Shown one piece after another: positions 56,672 to 64,000 of a stretch of DNA of 64,000 nt. The translations under genes were made by a program, and so were the position numbers. How positions within the stretch are numbered: position 1 is the stretch's first letter; every line of letters starts with the position of its first letter. The notes under the pieces are model-generated. The model searched no databases. It had not been told where the DNA came from and saw nothing but the letters and a program-made list of their open reading frames with translations. Source of the stretch: an uncultured Anaeroplasmataceae bacterium (lineage in GTDB: Bacteria; Bacillota_I; Bacilli_A; Acholeplasmatales; Anaeroplasmataceae); contig CANQBD010000005.1 of assembly GCA_947589245.1 (NCBI GenBank), positions 7 through 64,006 of the forward strand. The letters run 5' to 3'.

Positions 56672-58006
56672 TTACTTATTTAACTTTGCTTCTAATTCTT
56701 GTTTTAAAGACTCATAGCCTGGCTTGCCAAGTAAAGCAAACATATTCTTTTTATAAGCCTCAACTCCTGGTTGATTAAATGGATTAACACCTAAAGTATA
56801 AGCTGAAACACCACAAGCAAATTCAAAAAAATAAACTAAATAACCAAAGCTGTAAGCTGAAATATTTGGAATGTTGACTCTAATGTTTGGAACACCACCA
56901 TCAACATGAGCAATCATAGTGCCTGTCATAGCCATTTTATTAACATAATCCACAGTTTTACCAGCCAAGAAATTTAGACCATCTAAATTATCCTTATCAG
57001 CTTCAATAACAATATCACTTACAGGCTTAACAACATTTAATACTGTTTCAAATACAGTTCTTTCACCCTCTTGAATCATTTGACCTAATGAGTGTAAGTC
57101 TGTAGAGAAAGAAGCTGAAGTAATCCAAATACCCTTGCCATCCTTACCTTCGGATTCACCATATAATTGCTTCCACCATTCAGCAAAGTATTGAAGTCTT
57201 GGTTCATAATTGATAAGCATCTCAATCTTCTTTCCTTTACGATAAAGAAGATTACGAACTAAGGCATATTTTAAACCATCATTCTTTTCAACGTTCTTTT
57301 CTTGATATACATGATATGCATCTAAAGCACCTTTTAACATTTCATCAATATCAATACCTGCTGCAGCAATAGGTAATAAACCAACAGGTGTTAAAACAGA
57401 AAATCTTCCACCGACATCATCAGGAACAATAAAAGTTTCGTAGCCTTCAGTGTTAGATAAAGTCTTTAAAGCACCTCTTGCTTTGTCGGTTGTTGCATAA
57501 ATACGATCCTTAGCACCAGCTTTACCATAACGCTTTTCCATATATTCTTTAAAAATTCTAAAGGCAATTGCTGGTTCTGTTGTAGTACCAGATTTGGAAA
57601 TTACATTAATTGAAAAATCCTTATCCTTTAAATAATCAAGCAATTCAGAAACATAAGTAGATGAAATTTGATTACCAACAAAAATAATCTCTACTCCAGG
57701 ATTATTAAAATACTTCTTAAGCATTTCAATAGCCGCTCTAGCTCCTAGATAAGATCCACCAATACCAATAGCTAATAAAACATCAGATTGCTTCTTGATT
57801 TTTTCAGCAGCAGCCTTAATTTGCTCAACTTCTGCACGATTATAATTAACAGGTAAATCTAACCATCCCAAATAGTCATTTCCGGCACCTGTTTTAGCTC
57901 TTAATAGTTCATGTGCAGCTATAATTTCCTTTGAAATTTTCTCATACTCTTTTTCAGTAAAAAATGATTTAGTCTGAGAAATATCTAATTCTAAAAATTT
58001 TTCCAT
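56672..58006 (-). CDS. pgi: Glucose-6-phosphate isomerase
   Basis: 444 aa with [24 protein letters not shown] and QLYGESEGK. Confidence 0.95.
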   Translation of the reverse strand: MEKFLELDISQTKSFFTEKEYEKISKEIIAAHELLRAKTGAGNDYLGWLDLPVNYNRAEVEQIKAAAEKIKKQSDVLLAIGIGGSYLGARAAIEMLKKYFNNPGVEIIFVGNQISSTYVSELLDYLKDKDFSINVISKSGTTTEPAIAFRIFKEYMEKRYGKAGAKDRIYATTDKARGALKTLSNTEGYETFIVPDDVGGRFSVLTPVGLLPIAAAGIDIDEMLKGALDAYHVYQEKNVEKNDGLKYALVRNLLYRKGKKIEMLINYEPRLQYFAEWWKQLYGESEGKDGKGIWITSASFSTDLHSLGQMIQEGERTVFETVLNVVKPVSDIVIEADKDNLDGLNFLAGKTVDYVNKMAMTGTMIAHVDGGVPNIRVNIPNISAYSFGYLVYFFEFACGVSAYTLGVNPFNQPGVEAYKKNMFALLGKPGYESLKQELEAKLNK

Positions 58007-58100
58007 AACAAAACCTCCATGTTTTAATTATATCACTTAAGTTAAGCGTTTACAAGCAAAAGAAAAAGGACAATTTTTTAATTAATTATCCTTAATTTTT

Positions 58101-58637
58101 TTATTGATACATAACATTGACAAGAATAAAATAGCCTATTAAACCAATTAAAAAGCCAAAAATCATACCAGCAAGAACTTCCACAAATTTATGACCTAAA
58201 AGTTCCTTTAAAAAACCTTTTTTACCAAAACCGATAGATTTTCTTTCTTCTAATGGCATTTCACCAGCTAAATTATTTAATATTTTAGCATGCTTTGACG
58301 CCTCAAGTCTAATTCCCATTGCATCATGAATAGTAACTATTGAAAAAATAACAGCAACAGCAAACGACCATTCAATACCACCCAAATCATGCATTTGGAA
58401 AAAAAATAGTGAGGTAACAAGTGTCATACACATCGCCGAGTGAGAACTGGGAAAGCCCCCTGTAGTATGTAAAACATGCCAACAAACTTTCTTTTCGCGA
58501 ATAGAAATAATAATAAATTTAGTTATTTGACATAACAGCATTGAAATAATACAAAGCCAGATTATTTGTAATGCTCTTGAATTGACAGCCTTTAAAAGCT
58601 CCTCAATTGTACTAGGTCCTTTACTTTCTAAAAACAT
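58101..58637 (-). CDS. Divergent PAP2 family membrane protein (YuiD-like)
   Basis: 178 aa with GGFPSSHSA, HDAMGIRLEASKHA and LKELLGHKFVEV. Confidence 0.8.
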   Translation of the reverse strand: MFLESKGPSTIEELLKAVNSRALQIIWLCIISMLLCQITKFIIISIREKKVCWHVLHTTGGFPSSHSAMCMTLVTSLFFFQMHDLGGIEWSFAVAVIFSIVTIHDAMGIRLEASKHAKILNNLAGEMPLEERKSIGFGKKGFLKELLGHKFVEVLAGMIFGFLIGLIGYFILVNVMYQ

Positions 58638-58883
58638 TTATATCTCTTCTCCTACAACATTTCGTACTTCAATAACCTCTGGTACGTTTTCGATTAATAA
58701 TGCTTCAATGCCATCCTTTAAAGTTGAATCTAAAGCACCACAATCAACGCATGCTCCAAGCATTCTTATGTAAACTATACCATCCTTAAAATCAATAAAT
58801 TCTAAATCTCCACCTTCAGAATTCAAATAAGGGCGTAATTTATTTAATATTTTCTTAATTTCTTCAATAACATTTGTACTCAT
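58638..58883 (-). CDS. NifU-like (Nfu) Fe-S cluster scaffold/carrier domain protein
   Basis: About 81 aa from MSTNV, with LRPYLNSEGGDLEFIDF and GACVDCGALDSTLK (the CxxC motif). Confidence 0.85.
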   Translation of the reverse strand: MSTNVIEEIKKILNKLRPYLNSEGGDLEFIDFKDGIVYIRMLGACVDCGALDSTLKDGIEALLIENVPEVIEVRNVVGEEI

Positions 58884-58887
58884 ATTA

Positions 58888-59505
58888 TTACTTCTTCTTA
58901 TTCTTTCTATTATTACGATAATTAAAATTACGATTTTGATTAGGAACAAAACCAGGACTGCTTGCAACATAGCTTTGTGATGCTTCCTGTTTTACTTCAT
59001 TCTTACTATTTGAATTAGAACCATCTGAATCAAGTAAAACTTTTAAATCACTAGTTAGTTCTCCTTTAGGAATAGCATTTATTTTTTGAGGATCTATAAC
59101 AATATTAGGATTTTCTTTAATTGAAGTTTCTAAAATTAAACTATCTTTATCAAATGATTCTTTAACTAAAGAATTAATCTTAAAGCCATCAGTCTTAGGC
59201 TTACTTGGATTACTTAATTCTTCTTGGTATTCCTTGTCAGATTGGATTCTTTTTAAAACAAAATAAGGACAGCCCATAGCACAAGATAATTTTAAGTAAC
59301 TATCAATAATGCCAAAATAGCTTTTACTATTAGGATTATTATCAAAACCTTTAAGACGTAAAATACCAGAACTTAAATCACCAACAATATATAAATACTT
59401 ATCAAAGCATTCTTCTATGTACTTTTCTTCAAATTCTTCAAGCCGAAAAGCGTCACGATAATTGCTATCAACTTTAAATCGCCCTTTTTTCGTTTCTATT
59501 AGCAT
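58888..59505 (-). CDS. YutD-like protein (DUF1027) with a C-terminal low-complexity extension
   Basis: 205 aa with FKVDSNYRDAFRLEEFEEKYIEECFDKYLYIVGDLSSGILRLKGF. Confidence 0.6.
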   Translation of the reverse strand: MLIETKKGRFKVDSNYRDAFRLEEFEEKYIEECFDKYLYIVGDLSSGILRLKGFDNNPNSKSYFGIIDSYLKLSCAMGCPYFVLKRIQSDKEYQEELSNPSKPKTDGFKINSLVKESFDKDSLILETSIKENPNIVIDPQKINAIPKGELTSDLKVLLDSDGSNSNSKNEVKQEASQSYVASSPGFVPNQNRNFNYRNNRKNKKK

Positions 59506-59552
59506 AATACCACCTTTAATATTATACCACTAATTGACAATAATACCAACAA

Positions 59553-60191
59553 TTATTTAAAGATATCACCTAAATAATATGGAATATCGTTATTTAAAAT
59601 TTCTAAGGCAATAGGAATACTAGAACGAGATTCGATGACATCAGATTGAAGGGGAATAACAGTTCTAACGTTTAAGGTGATAATTAAATTTAATTGTAAA
59701 ATAGTTGTGTTTAAACCATAGCTCTCAACAACCTTTTCAATTTGAATGTCCTGGTGACCAATCACCTCTAAATCAACAGGTATTTTAATGCCATTAGATA
59801 AAAAATAATTTCGCCCAAAAAAATAACCAAGCGGAAGCTCTATACTCTTAAATTTTTCACCCCGATTAATCACATCTATACAATTAGCCACATAACGTGA
59901 AATATTATTTCTTAAATAATTAATTGTTTGAGCATCTAAATAAGCATAGCTAACCTTACCATTAGAATCATAAACCTCATTTAAAATATTTTTACCATCT
60001 AATAGCTCTAATACCCCCTCTGTCACACCTTGATCTATAACCTCATTAGCGTAAGCAATAATTAATGACTTGGTGTAAGTACTAACAGCTTGGGAAAAAT
60101 ATTTCATTGAAAATCGAGAAATCAAACCAATAAGTATGGCTAAAACAATTAATAAACTACTCCGTTTCAGATATCTTTTTAAATGCTTCAT
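59553..60191 (-). CDS. yunB: Sporulation protein YunB-like
   Basis: 212 aa with an N-terminal TM and then YANEVIDQGVTEGV, VYDSNGKVSYAYLDAQTINYLRNNISRYV. It lies next to a yunC-like gene. Confidence 0.55.
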   Translation of the reverse strand: MKHLKRYLKRSSLLIVLAILIGLISRFSMKYFSQAVSTYTKSLIIAYANEVIDQGVTEGVLELLDGKNILNEVYDSNGKVSYAYLDAQTINYLRNNISRYVANCIDVINRGEKFKSIELPLGYFFGRNYFLSNGIKIPVDLEVIGHQDIQIEKVVESYGLNTTILQLNLIITLNVRTVIPLQSDVIESRSSIPIALEILNNDIPYYLGDIFK

Positions 60192-60459
60192 AAACCTTCA
60201 TACCAGGAATCAAGCCTAAACTCTTAGCATAATTACTTAAATCGAAAATTGAAGCATTGAATAATTCATCTAGTGTTTTAACCTTAACTGCTTTACCACA
60301 CACTACTTCTCGATCCTGATAAATATGAACATCTAAGGCTCCACACATAAAAAACGCTCCATACCCTTCTAACAATAATAAGGTAGTATTCTTCAACTCT
60401 ACTTCTAAGGCATTTAATTTTAAGCCTTTTTTTTCAAAAACACTTTGCTTAACTAACAT
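60157..60459 (-). CDS. DUF1805 (YunC-like) protein
   Basis: 100 aa with TTLLLLEGYGAFFMCGALDV and VCGKAVKVKTLDEL. Confidence 0.7.
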   Translation of the reverse strand: MLVKQSVFEKKGLKLNALEVELKNTTLLLLEGYGAFFMCGALDVHIYQDREVVCGKAVKVKTLDELFNASIFDLSNYAKSLGLIPGMKVYEAFKKISETE

Positions 60460-60625
60460 AATATCACCACTAAATTTTTATGCTGAAAATATTTCAAATA
60501 TGCAAAGATGCTCTGTTATTATTTTTAGGTTCATTTGCTACATTATTCGCCATTTAAGAACAATTACTTTTAGTTTTCTACTAAATAATTTGTTATTAAA
60601 AAAAGAAATTTATGGGAATTTTTTA

Positions 60626-60657
60626 AAGAAAAAGCTTGAGAACCATCTTCTCAAGCT
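60626..60657 (-). terminator. feo operon terminator
   Basis: agcttgagaa-ccatc-ttctcaagct with a T-run on the minus strand. It overlaps the stop of the last small ORF. Confidence 0.7.
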
Positions 60658-60866
60658 ACATTCTTTTTTTCAAGCTTACATTCCCTCTTGTAAGCTTTTA
60701 AAATTTTCTTTTTGCTAAACGCCTGGCATTGTTTAGCACTTGCACAATCTCCACAAGGATTGTTCTTATAGACTCTTATTAAATGAATTATTACGAAGAT
60801 TGCAATAAGCAATATAACACTAATAACTATTAAATTAGTGATGTTGACAGTTAGGACAACTAGCAC
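60651..60866 (-). CDS. FeoB-associated Cys-rich small membrane protein (second copy)
   Basis: 71 aa with one TM (LIVISVILLIAIFVIIHLI) and then NPCGDCASAKQC. The only ATG overlaps the preceding small ORF by 32 nt, so the start is uncertain. Confidence 0.55.
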   Translation of the reverse strand: MLVVLTVNITNLIVISVILLIAIFVIIHLIRVYKNNPCGDCASAKQCQAFSKKKILKAYKRECKLEKKNVA

Positions 60867-60990
60867 TTACTTCTTTACCCTTCTTTCGTAATTTTCGACT
60901 CATATATTTTGGAAGAACAAAGCGGAAAAAGATAACCAATAATACTAATAATATAACAATAATTAAAACTGCAATATCTACACCACTCAT
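60835..60990 (-). CDS. FeoB-associated Cys-rich small membrane protein (first copy)
   Basis: 51 aa from MSGVD, with one TM (IAVLIIVILLVLLVIFF), a basic stretch and SCPNCQHH. It lies directly after feoB. Confidence 0.6.
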   Translation of the reverse strand: MSGVDIAVLIIVILLVLLVIFFRFVLPKYMSRKLRKKGKEVSASCPNCQHH

Positions 60991-61003
60991 CTTACAACAC
61001 CTC

Positions 61004-63064
61004 TTAACAAAATACTCCCCAAATACCAACTAAAGAAGCTAATACCCAAGCTAAACCAGTTTGGAATAAAATTGCTTTCCACATAGCCCTTGTTGAACCA
61101 AGTTCACGCCGCATTGCACCAATAGCACCAAAACAAGGAGCAGAAAATAAAGTAAAAATCATATAGCCCATTGCAGACCAACCATTAAAGAAAGCGAATG
61201 AACCATTACCAGCAAAGACGTCGCCACCTTCTTCAACAGCTGTAATAATTTCCATTGAAGAAACAACTATTTCTTTAGCTGCTAAACCTTGAATAGCTGA
61301 AACCGAAGCTCCCCAAGAAAATTCCATACCTAGCATAGGGGCAAAAACCCATGCAATTGAACGACCAATATTTGCCAAAATACTTTCTTCAATATTCTCA
61401 GTAAATGTAAATTTATAATCTAAATTTAATAGTAACCAAATCACAACAGAAGCTAAAAAGATAATTGTCCCAGCTCTCTTAATAAATGCCCAAGTCTTCT
61501 CACCAACATCTTTGGCTACATAGCTAGCACTTGGAACATGATACTCTGGTAATTCAGTAATATAGCTTGTGCTTTTATTTTTAACAAAGAATTTATTTAG
61601 TAGGAAACCTGCTAAAATAATAACCCCAATAGCTAAAATATACATAAAGAAAGTTATTAACCAAGTATTTCCTTCTCCCATCATGGGAGCAAAGATGCCA
61701 GAAACGAAACAAGTTATAATGGGTAACTTAGCGCTACATGGCATAAATGGTGTCAAGGTAATAGTCATGTTATGTTCATTATTATCCTCTAAAGTTCTTG
61801 AACTCATAATTGCCGGAACACTACAACCAGTACCGACAATAAAAGGAATTAAAGATTTGCCACTCATGCCTAACTTTTTAAAGGCTCTATCAAACAAGAA
61901 AGTAACTCTTGACATATAACCACATGTCTCAAGTAAACTAATTAATAAAAATAAAATCGCAATTTGAGGAACAAAATTTAAGATTGCCCCAACCCCGGCA
62001 ACAACGCCATCAGCCACTAGCGAAGCAGCCCATTCAGAACCACCAGCATTTAAAATGCATTCAGCCAACCATGGACCTAACCCCATAACCTCTCCTGTTT
62101 CCACAGTAAAGGAATAAAATGGTACAGCGAATTCAATCTCATTGCCACCATTGAATAGCATATCAACAACACCAACTGTTGCTCCACCAACAAAACCAAC
62201 ACTTAGTAAATAAATTAAGACCATAACAATTAAGAAAATAGGAATAGATAACCATTTATTTAATAAAATACGATCCACTTTGTCTGTAATTGATTCAACA
62301 TTTTTCTTTTCAATAGTCTTATCTCTTACTTCTTCAATATAACTATATCTTAAAGATGCCACTAATTGTTCAGTATCAGTTTGATATTTTTTTTCTAAGG
62401 CCACTAGCTTAGACTCAAATTCTTCACGATAGAATTTTGAATAATACCTATTATCACGCTCAATAATTTTAACAGCTGCAAAACGCTTTTCCGAAATATC
62501 ATCTAATTTTAAAATGATTGAAGAAATTAGATCTTCAACATCAGCTGGATAAATCATGTTTTCTGTATTAGTTTTAACTAAACGATCACTATCAGCAATT
62601 GTACTTATTAAATCTTCTATGCCTGTTTTCTTCAAAGCAGAAATTGATACAACTGTTGTCCCTAATTTTTCACTCAATTTTTTCGAATCAATCTTATACC
62701 CTTTTTTAGCTAAAATATCTTCCATATTTAAAACTACTAAAACCTTTTTATTTAATTCTAAAAGCTGAGTTGTTAAATATAATGCTCTTTCTATTGAAGT
62801 TGAATCAATAATATTAATGATTAAATCAGGATTTTCTTCAACAACAAAACGTCTACTAACTTCCTCTTCAGAAGTATAAGGACTTAAAGAATAAATACCT
62901 GGTAAATCGGTAATCTCAACATCAGTCCCCTTAATAATACCATCCTTACGTTCAACTGTTACGCCAGGCCAATTACCAACCTTTTGATTTAAACCAGTTA
63001 AAACGTTAAATAATAGTGTCTTACCAGAGTTTTGATTACCTACTAATGCACAATGCTTAGCCAT
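61004..63064 (-). CDS. feoB: Ferrous iron transporter FeoB
   Basis: 686 aa with the N-terminal G-domain motifs GNQNSGKT and DLPG, followed by a polytopic permease domain. Confidence 0.95.
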   Translation of the reverse strand: MAKHCALVGNQNSGKTLLFNVLTGLNQKVGNWPGVTVERKDGIIKGTDVEITDLPGIYSLSPYTSEEEVSRRFVVEENPDLIINIIDSTSIERALYLTTQLLELNKKVLVVLNMEDILAKKGYKIDSKKLSEKLGTTVVSISALKKTGIEDLISTIADSDRLVKTNTENMIYPADVEDLISSIILKLDDISEKRFAAVKIIERDNRYYSKFYREEFESKLVALEKKYQTDTEQLVASLRYSYIEEVRDKTIEKKNVESITDKVDRILLNKWLSIPIFLIVMVLIYLLSVGFVGGATVGVVDMLFNGGNEIEFAVPFYSFTVETGEVMGLGPWLAECILNAGGSEWAASLVADGVVAGVGAILNFVPQIAILFLLISLLETCGYMSRVTFLFDRAFKKLGMSGKSLIPFIVGTGCSVPAIMSSRTLEDNNEHNMTITLTPFMPCSAKLPIITCFVSGIFAPMMGEGNTWLITFFMYILAIGVIILAGFLLNKFFVKNKSTSYITELPEYHVPSASYVAKDVGEKTWAFIKRAGTIIFLASVVIWLLLNLDYKFTFTENIEESILANIGRSIAWVFAPMLGMEFSWGASVSAIQGLAAKEIVVSSMEIITAVEEGGDVFAGNGSFAFFNGWSAMGYMIFTLFSAPCFGAIGAMRRELGSTRAMWKAILFQTGLAWVLASLVGIWGVFC

Positions 63065-63368
63065 TATATCTTTTTCTCCTTTCTGTTGTTTCCTTTGCTA
63101 CATAATCCTTTGTAACTTTTACTATTACATTACTCATGTCCTCTTTACGCATACATAACTGATAACCTCTTAACTCAATACTAATAGGATCACCAAGAGG
63201 ACTAATCATTTTAATATCAATGATGACACCTTTAGTCAAACCCATGTCTAAAAGTCTTCTACGTAAAGCTTTATTTTCATTATCAAATGAAATTAAGCAT
63301 CCAGCTTGACCAACCTTTAAATCACTAAGCTTGCAGATCTCACCAATCTTAAAAATTTTATTTTCCAT
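63057..63368 (-). CDS. feoA: FeoA family protein with a basic C-terminal tail of about 30 aa
   Basis: Contains LSDLKVGQAG, RRRLLDMGLTKGVII and the SH3-like FeoA fold motifs. The start is at the ATG after aaggag, and the gene overlaps the feoB start by 8 nt. Confidence 0.88.
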   Translation of the reverse strand: MENKIFKIGEICKLSDLKVGQAGCLISFDNENKALRRRLLDMGLTKGVIIDIKMISPLGDPISIELRGYQLCMRKEDMSNVIVKVTKDYVAKETTERRKRYNG

Positions 63369-63383
63369 AGCTACTCCTTCCAA

Positions 63384-63401
63384 AGTTAGTTATAACTAAC
63401 T
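63384..63401. promoter_or_regulatory. Perfect 18-bp palindrome, a candidate metalloregulator operator at the feoA promoter
   Basis: agttagtta|taactaact lies between the -10 element and the feoA RBS. Confidence 0.5.
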
Positions 63402-63407
63402 AATATT

Positions 63408-63435
63408 ATTATACTCATTTTAAGGACTATGTCAA
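63408..63435 (-). promoter_or_regulatory. feoAB promoter
   Basis: Minus strand has TTGACA (63430-63435), a 16-bp spacer, then TATAAT (63408-63413). Confidence 0.65.
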
Positions 63436-63474
63436 CTTTTTTTTATAAAAAAAACTATTTCACCACGAAATAGT

Positions 63475-63936
63475 TTAAATTCCTTTATGAGCTATAAGGA
63501 AACAATAGAAAGCATCTAAGCCCCTAGAAATGTCACGATATGTAGATTCAAAATTGTGTGTGTACCAAGGATCTTCAATATCTCTATTTTCTTGAGTAAA
63601 TTCTAATAACTGATATATCTTATGCTTATCATCATTAAAAAATCTCTTAAGATTAACAATATTATAATAATCCATTCCAATTAAATAATCAAAATCATCA
63701 TAATCGCTTATTCTAATTTGCCTAGCTCGTTTAGTACTACAATCGATACCAAGCTTACTAAGAATCTTCTTCGTACCATAATGAACAGAATTACCAATCT
63801 CTTCTGCTGATGTGGCAGCTGATTCAATAAAAAATTCTTTCTCTTTTCCTCTCTTTTTTACATAATCCTTAAATAAAAATTCGGCCATTGGACTACGACA
63901 GATATTCCCATGACAAACAAATAAAACTTTTATCAT
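63475..63936 (-). CDS. Low-molecular-weight protein-tyrosine phosphatase
   Basis: 153 aa with VLFVCHGNICRSPMAE (the CX5R P-loop) and a DP motif (IEDPWY). Confidence 0.9.
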   Translation of the reverse strand: MIKVLFVCHGNICRSPMAEFLFKDYVKKRGKEKEFFIESAATSAEEIGNSVHYGTKKILSKLGIDCSTKRARQIRISDYDDFDYLIGMDYYNIVNLKRFFNDDKHKIYQLLEFTQENRDIEDPWYTHNFESTYRDISRGLDAFYCFLIAHKGI

Positions 63937-64000
63937 TCTATTAATTCCCCCTCATTTATTATAATAGCATTGCAACCTAAAAAGAAAAAAAGCGTATCTC

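Noticed and set aside
60500-60718. A 72-aa plus-strand ORF in the yunC/feo intergenic region.
   Set aside because: It has no RBS, an implausible composition, and runs through the feo terminator hairpin and into the small feo-associated ORF on the opposite strand.
61569-62768. Plus-strand ORFs at 61569-61919 and 62556-62768.
   Set aside because: Both are antisense shadow ORFs inside feoB. The same reasoning rejects the ORFs at 3632-3841, 9424-9606, 21511-22181, 24190-24606, 27508-27714, 30382-30576, 38072-38296, 39165-39353, 40211-40402, 41747-41962, 51232-51423, 53547-53732 and 58582-58773.

Overview
This is an AT-rich chromosomal window from a low-GC Bacillota genome. It uses the standard genetic code: TGA is a stop, for example pepT at 2691-2693. 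Local synteny is Bacilli/Erysipelotrichia-like (ylbD-ylbE-ylbF, tsaE-tsaB-rimI, yjbK next to nadK, yutD-nifU-yuiD, yunB-yunC). An alpha/beta-type SASP, a YjcZ-like tiny membrane protein and YunB point to a spore-forming lineage. I count about 70 protein-coding genes, almost all on the minus strand, plus three plus-strand tRNA genes (Asp-GTC, Arg-ACG, His-GTG), each with a recognisable sigma-A-type promoter and a terminator. Most genes are housekeeping: typA, rpsP, rpsD, rplS, def, thiI, pcrA, glnS, gap, pgi, clpP, ung, dut, nadK, galU, feoAB and perR-rubrerythrin. I saw no rRNA, CRISPR array, transposase, integrase or prophage genes. No multi-gene novel system is evident; the candidates are isolated genes, and every family assignment is from motif reading only, with no database search run. 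The items most worth a second look are: (1) a TIR-domain protein fused to about six transmembrane helices, with Gln where TIR NADases have the catalytic Glu, which heads a GH3/GH43 glycosidase operon; (2) a stand-alone 366-aa gene with an Rx5H HEPN-like motif inserted as its own transcription unit between pdxK and typA; (3) a COG0523 metallochaperone pair in which one member carries four near-perfect 48-bp repeats encoding HHEHHHDHDEECCCEG; (4) a BspA-like LRR lipoprotein gene broken by a 1-nt frameshift at a G3 tract, preceded by two mirror-image palindromic hairpins; (5) two small ORFs missing from the ORF track upstream of def, one of them YjcZ-like; (6) perfect palindromic operators at the perR and feoA promoters.
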